This document shows, piece after piece, positions 54,978 through 64,000 of a DNA stretch of 64,000 nucleotides. Source of the DNA: Dicyema japonicum. Its lineage: Eukaryota; Animalia; Dicyemida. A model generated the notes under the pieces. The model saw nothing but the letters and a program-made list of their open reading frames with translations. It was not told where the DNA came from and made no database searches. A program made the translations under genes and the position numbers. Position 1 is the first letter of the stretch. Every line of letters begins with the position of its first letter. Location: assembly GCA_011109175.1 (NCBI GenBank), contig RDEW01000026.1:62001-126000 (forward strand), in the 5' to 3' direction.

Positions 54978-55440
54978 ATTATTAAAAGCACTCCCGAGAA
55001 AACATAAATTAGTTAAGTTTCCCTTGTTACGTATTCCCAATAATCGTCTCCGTTAACCTCGACCATGATCCTCTGTTGCGCGCTAGTTCTCTTAGGTAGT
55101 TCAGATCGTCCGCCGTAGTTAGTCTCATACCAACCGCCGATAGGTCTTCGTTCAAGATAGTCGAAATCCGTCTCCTGTGTGTGCAAAGTAGTTGACCATT
55201 GCGAAATTTGCGGGGACCTGGTCATTTAGACGTCTTGATTGAAAATATCATCTGACAGCACGCCGGATTTGCATTTATTATAAAGGTTTGCATCAGAGAT
55301 CTTCATAAGCCAGTTAATCTTGATTAGCGATTTGAGTTGAGCTTCCCAAAATCCTGGATGGTAACCTGAGAGCAGTGAACATGACACTAATAGACGGTGA
55401 AGACCTGAGCAGTCTAGGGAGCCTGGCATCGAACAAAGAC
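54978..55440 (-). mobile_element. RTE LINE 3' fragment
   Basis: KINWLMKISDANLYNKCKS. The 3' end is highly similar to 58113-58250, with a (TAA)n tail. Confidence 0.8.
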
Positions 55441-55663
55441 GCGAAAAAATAGAATTATATGATGTTGTTGAACATAATAATGTGTATATCTAATCCTCTA
55501 AAGGAGCTAGCATGAAGCAAGGTAATAGCATCAAAATAATTCTCCTATATCAATAAAATATCGTAATTGAGACAATAAACATAGATAAGGCTAATAAAAA
55601 CAGCTTTAAACCCCCAAAAATAGCAATAATGACCAATTATTTAATTAACAAATATTATAAGAG

Positions 55664-56754
55664 TTAAGCCTCATTGCACTCCCCCTCACAAATCCTCCCT
55701 GCAAATTCCTCCTTTACTTGCACGCCATTAATTGACTCCTGCAATATTACTCCGCAACCAGCCTGCTCTTCCTGCATACATACGCCGGGATCGCTGGTCC
55801 CTGCCGCCTCAAGCTTGCTGCCAATAACACCTCGTCCACTCAAATCAATACACGAGTAATTTGGGGGCCATTCAGATAAAACAGTCCCGACTTCGGTATC
55901 CACTCTCGGTAATTCTGTGGTACAAATCCTTTTTCCGCCACAAGCCATCTCCACAGACACGTGACCATAAGAAGGATGGATTTCCTGAGATTCCACTCCA
56001 CTGAAATTAACCGTTCTTGCCTCGTTAACATAACCAGTCCCCAGCTCCGAGTACATAAACAAAGGATTCGACACGTGGGTCTCTGAACTTTTGACAGAAC
56101 AGGAGGGGTAGCAATTGGGATACCCGGGAGTTGATGTGATAATTGGGAGAAGAGGTTGATACACCACATTTGGAGTAGTAAGGACAGCCGGATTCGTGCA
56201 AACTGTCTTATGCTCAATCTGGTCAGCCAGGCTATTAAGCCTCGCCCGCAATTCCGAAATTTGTTGCTCAAGCTGGGTAACTCGGTTCCGTAGATGTATG
56301 TTCTCCTCGAGCAAAGTGACCCTAGTGGTAACAGGATAAAGAACCTCTGAGACTTTTCGTACAGAAGGTCGTCGTAGTGGCGTTTAGTTGACTCGATCTC
56401 TGGTACCCCGTACGACATCATAGGGCGGGGGTAAGAGTCCTGGCGATACCTAATAGTGATGACTAAAGACTTACGTGTTTTCCATAGCCAGTTCGACCTT
56501 GTTGATGTGGCGATATCTGCACTTCTCTCTCCTGCAGTGCCCGTTTAAAAAATCTTTGCAGGGGGCACATTACTAGGTTGCGAATATTGTCTAAATCCAC
56601 GTGGATTGAAATAAGGAGCAGCAGCTCCGCGTAGAATGTGCAGATATTTGCAGCTTGCGCGATTGCAGTGGCCATTTTGAAAGTCGTGACAGACCTGCAT
56701 CTCAGAAGTATTGGGGGTGTATTCCATTTTGGGATAATAATTATTGGGATCCAT
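55664..56754 (-). CDS. ZC3H10: CCCH zinc-finger protein, ZC3H10-like (two CCCH fingers + coiled coil)
   Basis: VCHDFQNGHCNRASCKYLH, VP(P)CKDFLNGHCRREKCRYRH and LLEENIHLRNRVTQLEQQISEL resemble human ZC3H10. Introns of 25 and 23 nt. Needs one extra C in the run at 56561-56565. Confidence 0.7.
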
Positions 56755-58109
56755 ATTGCTTTATAAAAATTCTTAGTGAAAAGTTAAAAGCTGAATGTCA
56801 ACTAAAACCAGTTGTGAATATTTGAATTATAATTATTTATTTTAATAATATTAAATTAAAACATTTATTTAGCATTAATATAAACAAATTACGTTTTTTG
56901 GTTCCATATGTTAAACAAATAAAATATATATGTCATTTTCGTCCATTCATTTCCTCGACAAATTCCTTGAAGAACGAAGCTAATCAAAAAATGGTTCTAA
57001 ATTTATGGAACGATGGACTTCCGGAATCCTTAATACGTGACAACCGAGAATCGTGCCATTGCGACAACGAAGGTCTAGTTATACTCTCGATACGTGCTTG
57101 TGTAGCTCAAGTGATGAACATTGGGCCAATTTGAGGTCTCTTTTAGAGGATGCTGGGATCACGTGATTTTTTAGATTGTTGTTACGTGTTCTTTAAAATT
57201 TTTTCAATTAGCACGAGAATGTTTGATTAGAGAATTCAATTAACCAATCAATTTATAGTAAGTATCCCATAGAATGAAACAACTTGGTGGTATCTAATCA
57301 ATTTCTTTACTGAATTTGTTGAGTAAGCTCAAAAATAGAGTACATAATTTCCTTTAGTATCGACAATTTGATTATCCAACATGGATCTTTTGTGTAGTGG
57401 ATTAGAACCTCAGAAAGTCCACAAATCTAATGTCCATGACATGAAGCGAAAAGCGGATTTGTAATCCAAAATTACAGAAAGTTATATTTTTAAAATCATG
57501 ATGTCTCTAATGATCGTCGGTACTAAGATTCCAAGGGATTTAAAGGGGTTAGAAGATCGTCATAACTAAGGGATACCTTGTAGCTAACCTTCTTTATAAG
57601 AGTAATAATTCATCCTCTGAGACCTGACGACCGATATTTCAAGATGTTTGTGTAGAGAGTATGTAAGAGTGATAGCTTTATGTAAGGGGAATTCACAGAT
57701 GTTGTATTTGCATAGATTTCTGAATTCAATTAGTTTTTCCATGTTCAATTATAAAAAGATACTGATTTATGTGAAGTTTTAGTTGAGATGAAAGGATAGG
57801 GAGAGCTAATGGGTGTATTCTGAGTGTTTACAAACATGTCGTAGTGGTGACCACATGACGAGTTATCTTAATTTCCCATGTTTTTTTCATGATTATTCAA
57901 AACATTTATTTAGAACACAGGAATTACAAAAAAGACATAAATAATTTCAATAAATCACAGTTCCAGCAATCAACTTCGACATAGAAATGGGAACTTTGGG
58001 ACCAATCAGTTTTTTTGCCTTTATTAGGGCAAGCGAAGGGGATTTCCATTTTCCTCACAGAAACGGAAAAATTTGGATACACAAGTCGTAGTTCTGTAAG
58101 TAGAGGAAT

Positions 58110-58564
58110 TACTATTATTAAAAAGCACTCCCGAGAAAACATAAAATTAGTTAAGTTTCCCCTGTGCCGTATTCCGAATCATCCTCTCCGTCAGCTTCGA
58201 CCATGATCTTCTGTTGCGCACTAGTTCTCTTAGGTAATCCAGGTCGTCTGCCATTTCCATTATAATATCAGATGCTGTCCACACTCTTTTCAGGCCCTGA
58301 TGGACTGCAAGAACATAATGTCAACATGCCAATGGTAGGATAAAAAGGTGGAATTTTCCAAACAATTCTGTACGGTCGTTTTTGTCTCTTGTAGACAGCA
58401 GACAGAGACGTCATATTTGGTTAGATCGCATACCAGTTGGTGTTTCTTGTAAGGTTGTTTAAGTCCTCTGCAATTGAAAGATCCCAGAGTGAACGGAGAA
58501 ATCGGTAAGGAATACGAATAAGACATAAGTGCAATAGAGGCATCGTCACCACCTCAACCAATAC
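58110..58564 (-). mobile_element. 455-bp internally deleted RTE (5' end + APE start fused to 3' end)
   Basis: 12-bp TSD aagtagaggaat (58098-58109 / 58565-58576). 5' motif ttggttgaggtggtgacg is shared with the RTE end at 16371. LGSFNCRGL...CCLQETK is joined to ...DDLDYLREL. Confidence 0.88.
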
Positions 58565-58659
58565 AAGTAGAGGAATGATTAATCAAAATACAACATAAAA
58601 ATCAAACAACGTAAATATAAAATTATTATTATTATCGTAGAAACATATTTGTTATATTT

Positions 58660-59430
58660 CCTCACGTTGAGCGATTTTTTCTGATCAATCTCGTCCATCC
58701 TCCCCTGTTACACGCCAAACTTCTAATAGCATCCAGATCCTCCTCACTTACGAGCCTCCGGTTACTGCCTTGAGATCCTCATGCAGCACCCCCAGTGGCA
58801 TAGTACGCGGGCGCCCCCGATATTTCTTCCCTCCATTGCCAAATTTGCAGGTGATGTGGGGTCCATCCGTAGGACGTGTCTAAACAGTCTCCATCGGGCC
58901 TCCACCACATCCCAAGTCACAGATCGCGTTGAGCACTTCTGTACAGTGCCTCATTGTTGATCCGTGTCGGCCATTGTACCCCGCATAGTATTCGTAATTG
59001 CATTTGGTGGAAGGAGTTAAGATTTTTGGTTTCTGAGACCGAGATCCCCCAGCAGGAAGAGTTATATAGCAGGACCGTCTTCACGAAAGCATTGTAGAGA
59101 CGCAAACGAAGCGCGATCGTTACCGGTCTTTTAGCCAACCAATCCGTCTTCATCCTGTTTATTGCGACCGTAGATAGTACTTTCCTCCCGGTAATTTCCT
59201 CACTGTCCCCGAGGAGGGAGCTGAGCTTTTTGAAACGTCTCCTTCCCTCTTCCAATTTCTACAATTTCAGTTTTAGTTGTATTCACAGTAAGAAACCATT
59301 TCCCAATCTCTGCAGGGGCAACGTCAAGTAACCGCCTCAAGGCTACTTTATCTTCTGATACGAAATCCACATCATCAGCATATATAATTTCGGTGATTTG
59401 GCCATTATAAAAACTTCGAGGACCACGCAG
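58660..59430 (-). mobile_element. RTE LINE RT C-terminal fragment
   Basis: YADDVDFVS, KKLSSLLGDSEE and LRLYNAFVKTVLLYNS. Confidence 0.8.
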
Positions 59431-59451
59431 TGCTGCCTCTATATAAAATAT

Positions 59452-59602
59452 TTTATTTATTTATTTAATAACCCCGAGAAGGGAACACCAAGAAAGAAGG
59501 AGTAAACCAACTAATTAAGTGATCCCGGAACATCTCAAACGAATCAATAGGTTTTTCTTGTGTTTCTCCAGAGTATCCACGGCTTTCCTGTATCGACCGA
59601 CG
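59452..59602 (-). mobile_element. 151-bp xGIT*-family LINE tail with (AAAT)n, immediately upstream of DPH6
   Basis: 12-bp TSD tatataaaatat (59440-59451 / 59603-59614); CSGIT* followed by ggggttattaaataaataaat. Confidence 0.8.
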
Positions 59603-59680
59603 TATATAAAATATAAAATGTAAATTTAAAAATTAGATTAATTTTATTCTCCGCAAATTTATAAAATTAATTTAATTCAA

Positions 59681-60564
59681 ATGAGAGTTGCAGCCTTAGT
59701 GAGGTTAATTTTTATAAAAAAGTGGAGGGGAAAGATAGTTGCTTCAACATGATGAAATGTGTAGATAATGGCCACACTATAGTGGCCATTGTAAATCTAT
59801 ATTCTACTGCAGATGATGGTTTAAGTGAGTTTTTAATCCAGAGGAGATCAATAGCTACATGTACCAGACCGTTGGCTGCCATGTAGTCAATTTTATCTCC
59901 GAGGCCATGAAAGTTCCGCTTTTTCGTCGAAAAATTGCTGGACTTCCACGTTTAGTTGATAAGCTGGATTACTCGGTCACAGATGATGATGAGGTCGAGG
60001 ATCTCTACAAGGTCCTCGAAACAGTCAAGGTACCCTTATTCTGATTTTCAGGATGTAATTAACTTTGAGGCTGTTTCCGTTGGGGCTATATTCTCACGGT
60101 ATCAGTTGAATCGAGTTGACCACGTGTATTTACTATTTTTATTTCGAAGTTGTACACGGCTTGGAGTGACTTCACTTGCTTATTTATGGAATAGACCCCA
60201 GATTGATCTTCTTGACGAGATGATTTCTTCCGGATTGTCCGCTATTATCATTAAGGTCGCCTCATTCGGTTTGGAGCCCACAAAACACCTTGGAAAAAGT
60301 TTGGCCGAGGTCAGAGACCACATGGTCTGGCTGGTACTTTCACATTGGTAGCTTAGACTAAGAAATATGGGGGAAATGCCTGTGGAGGGGGGAGAATATG
60401 AAACGATCACTTTGTCATGTCCACTGTTTAATGGGAGGTGTATTAGACTGTAATGGAGTATTGACATGTGTAGGGATGAGACTGAGATAGTATATCCTCC
60501 AAATTTGCCAAGTGAGAGTGGGGTTGCATATTTGAAGATTATTAGGGCTTCTCTCCATGACTGA
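59681..60564 (+). CDS. DPH6: Diphthine--ammonia ligase
   Basis: MRVAALVSGGKDSC, SYMYQTVG, DEVEDLY, VSVGAIFSRYQ, LAYLWNR and CG(EG)GEYET. Introns of 19-24 nt; two apparent indels in G/A runs. Confidence 0.9.
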
Positions 60565-60954
60565 TATTTACTTTGTGTTTATTTGATTTTTTATTTAATT
60601 TAAAGAGGTATATCATTATAACTCTTGCTAATCTTCTTCCTTAGGAATTGGTTATTTAAATCAACGCTCTTGATCCACTCCAAGAATCTTTGAATTTTAC
60701 ATTAATGCATGTTGCTTACCAATGGTTCTCAAAATGTTAATCATCCCTTCTTCAATTCCAGGTCTTTTAAGTGGTATTAGAGATTTTGGAGAGAATAACA
60801 CTTAATTCTCTTAACCTTTACCTCAACCTTTGACAGGATAGCGTATTTAACTTTATTTTGTTTCTCTTAAACAATCTTAAATATTGTTAATGATTTCAAG
60901 TGATAAACTGATCTTATCAATCCGGACGGTATCAGTGACTTGTGTTCTGATGAC

Positions 60955-61770
60955 ATTATTATTACCCACAAGGATCACTTGGTCTAAAAGAAAGAAATAA
61001 AAGTTCTCAACAACAAGTGATCCAGACCGACATGAGAGTGGACGAGCCTGGCGGAGTCAAGAATCCTGTACAGCTCTTCTTATTGGACATGACATCGGCT
61101 CAAACTTTTTACATGTCTGTAGATATTTCGATAGTTTATATGGGGTAAACTACGAAAGAATCCATGCCTCACGTCAGGATTTTTAATACTTAATCCCCCA
61201 CAAATCTCTATGTCTTGGTCTTTAAAAAAATGTTATTCGATAGTATATGAAACAAGGGGCAGGTCGGTAGGCTGGTCGCTTTTAAGGAATTTCCATGTAA
61301 TTCAATTAAAAGATTTTCAATAGGTTGGATCTTGTGTTCTGGTCCAATCAACTTTACTGCAGTCTCATGGACAGCGGATAGTTTCAGTGAGGAGGATCGT
61401 GAAATCTGCATTGTCCACAAAGGACTTGCATACGTCATCGTGGGTCGGATAAATTATTCATAAACTGTGGTAAGGCTACCAGTTTGGTCTTTAAGTGTTT
61501 TTGAAAGCACTTTTAAAATTCTCATATTCTTCAGAGTAGAAGTTACTTTTGTCTCAACATGTCGGATATAAGAGATCCTTGATCGAATGTGACCCTAAGA
61601 ATCCTCGGTGTTTAGTTAATAAAAATAGCCTCGTTCTACATAAGGATTTTTTTGTTCGACACAGAGCTGTCTTTTGTAAGTGGTAAAATGTGTGACATGT
61701 CGAGTCTCCGCTTTGAGAGCCACAGTTCCAGAATGTCAAGCATTTGTTAGGTAGACTGAGTAGCTGCATT
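60955..61770 (-). mobile_element. L2/CR1-like LINE 3' part (xGIT* family) with hairpin and (TAA)n tail
   Basis: TYASPLW...AVKLIG; tail ggatcact...agtgatcc...gggtaataataat. Confidence 0.7.
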
Positions 61771-62099
61771 AGTAAGAATTATAATTATTAATAATTTGTA
61801 TTGTTTTAACATAAATGTCTTCTATTTTTAAATTTAGATGATTTTGTGGAAAATTATATTTCCAATATCACATAATAGGACTGACAGTGATGCCATCATC
61901 AGTGATTCATCACTGAGAACCACACGCATGCAAAAAGAACAAGAAATTAAAAATCTTCTGGATTAATTAGCATACCTGTTATTTACTTCTTTAATAAAGT
62001 AAGATGAGTTACGTAAACATTACTACTCCTAGATTGTAGGGTTGAATTAATTTAATATAACATAGAGACGTAGGAATTATATTTTTATAATACGAAACA

Positions 62100-63100
62100 A
62101 CTAATTGATATAAAACATCAAATCAGTGGAAAGCTCAATAATTTGCATAACAATACTATTTTTAGACACCTCTATTCAACTTTTCAATTAATTCTGGTCA
62201 ACTTCCTTAGTCAATCTGACTTCCTTAACGATAATAGCCTTCACGACTATAAAAGAGACCGTTACAATAAACGATTGCATAATGGACGGACGTAAAAGGA
62301 GGTGACTTTACTTATAATTTGTTAGTAAAAAAAAGAAGGTAAACGATTCCATTTACAAACAATGTATTATAGACTATAAAGAACATATTGATGGTAAAGT
62401 AATTAAAACATGTTTAGATCCCACAAAGAATGAGACTGACCCACAAAGGATTAAGTATTTGAGATCTACTGAATACACACATAGACACTTGAATAGAGTG
62501 CTGAGAGGATATCTGAATGAATCAGTATATTATATGCATATTTTAGAATCTCTATGACTCTTCACAAGACAGTTATGAAGGGGATACATTAATATACAGG
62601 AACATTGTCAACTCAATCAGATGCTCTGAAAATAATAGAGAGATTGAATATTCTGACAACACAGAGTTAAATTTTAATATAATTTCAGTGATCAAATTAA
62701 TGATCACAACGAAAATAGTCCTAACGTTGAGATGACTAATAAGGAGGAACCAAAAAAGAAAACAGAACCTAATCAGAAAAAAGTGAGAGTTCGAAACCCC
62801 CCATTGAGACGAACATATAATTTAAGATCACAAGCTACAAATATCAAAGAGGAATGTACTGCAAAGTGGAAATATTGATTTTTATAATTTTAGAGAACAA
62901 TGTGATCCACCGAATAGTCTTAGTGGAGACATGAGTAAACAAGATAAACGTGAATATAGAAAACGTAAAGTCAAGCCAACGAGACGAAACTTTAGAATTC
63001 TTTCACCAAAACGAATTAATAAAAATATTAAAAAAGGTGGTTCTGGTAGTAAAAAGTGGGAATTTGATATAATCGTAGAGTGAGTGATAATACAGTAAAT
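62100..63100 (+). mobile_element. Possible decayed Ginger/Gypsy-type integrase C-terminal region
   Basis: NNTI...STFQLI (like YNNTxH..TPF) and RRTYNLRS motifs, with many stops. Confidence 0.3.
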
Positions 63101-63299
63101 GAGAGAGAAAATAATCGTAGTGGGGATATAACTAATAAAGATCTTAACGAATTAAAAGAGACTCAACCCAAACCTAAAAGACAGGGAGTTATAACAAAAC
63201 GAACATATATCTTAAGACGACGCACTATAAATATTTAATTTTTATTATTTAATAAATATTTAAAAATAATTATAATTAAGTAATTTAAGGATTTTAACC

Positions 63300-64000
63300 A
63301 ATATTCTGGGAATTGACTTATCAATAGCTATTGATACGGTTAACAGGAACAAGTTTAATGGGGATACTGAGAGGATTTCTTGATGATTCGAGTCTAAGGA
63401 TGACCCGAATTCTACTTTCCAACACTGAGCTCCTTGTGAGAGTCGTAAGACCTATTCAAGAAAATTTTAAACAAACACGGAGACTCCACAAGGAGACTCC
63501 CTTTCTCCTTTACTATTCACAATTTACACGGAAGCTGTTATGAGGGAACTTAGACCGTTATACCAAGGAAAGACAGAAGAAGTGATCTACGAGATGATGT
63601 AGACCTAATTTTCGAAGACAAAGATGTCCTGGAACACCTATTAGAACAAGCACCAGATGTACTAGAGAATTGGTTTCTTACTGTGAACAAAAAGAAAACA
63701 GATAAGAAGGATAGTAACGTCCTAGAAGAGAAGTGGCGACAAGTAAAGAAACTCGGTTCACTTATGGGAGATAGCGAAGATATTTTACGTAGAAAAACTC
63801 TAGCCAATGCTGCGTTATATAAACTGAAGAATCTATGGCTCAATCAAAGAGGTATCAACACGGAAATGAGAATCATTCATAAAACCCGTATTTTTATATA
63901 ACGATGCAACTTGGGCGACCTCATCAGCGGATATGGAAAGACTAGATTCGTTCCACAGAGGTCAGCTGAGAAAAATAACAGGAACTATTTGGCTTACGAG
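63300..64000 (+). mobile_element. RTE LINE RT fragment (runs off the window)
   Basis: QGDS, KKLGSLMGDSED and LDSFHRGQLRKI. Confidence 0.8.

Noticed and set aside
55664-56754. Muscleblind (MBNL) assignment
   Set aside because: Finger sequences and the LEEEN..LR.RV coiled coil match ZC3H10 better.
57200-57950. Gypsy integrase remnant
   Set aside because: Only vague motif similarity across many stops; not supportable.

Overview
AT-rich eukaryotic, animal-type genomic DNA. Ten compact protein-coding genes are islands among heavily nested and decayed transposons: eRF3/GSPT1, HP1/CBX, TMEM33, S6 kinase, a long coiled-coil protein, enkurin, cytosolic thiolase ACAT2, PIAS, ZC3H10-like and DPH6. Almost all of their GT-AG introns are only 19-29 nt. 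Tiny introns plus a ciliary gene (enkurin) point to a highly derived ciliated invertebrate such as a dicyemid; this is inference only. Transposons include Vingi/Ingi-like LINEs with a 5' HDV-like ribozyme fold and a 2A (StopGo) peptide ahead of the APE domain, RTE LINEs, L2/CR1-like tails, CRE-like and R4-like RLE retroelements, Ginger-like integrase transposons and a hAT element. At 9.9-16.4 kb five elements are nested up to four deep, each with its target-site duplication still readable. Several conserved genes carry 1-2 nt indels in homopolymer runs that look like long-read consensus errors, so apparent frameshifts need caution. No rRNA, tRNA or CRISPR array was recognised. All coordinates and alignments were worked out by eye.
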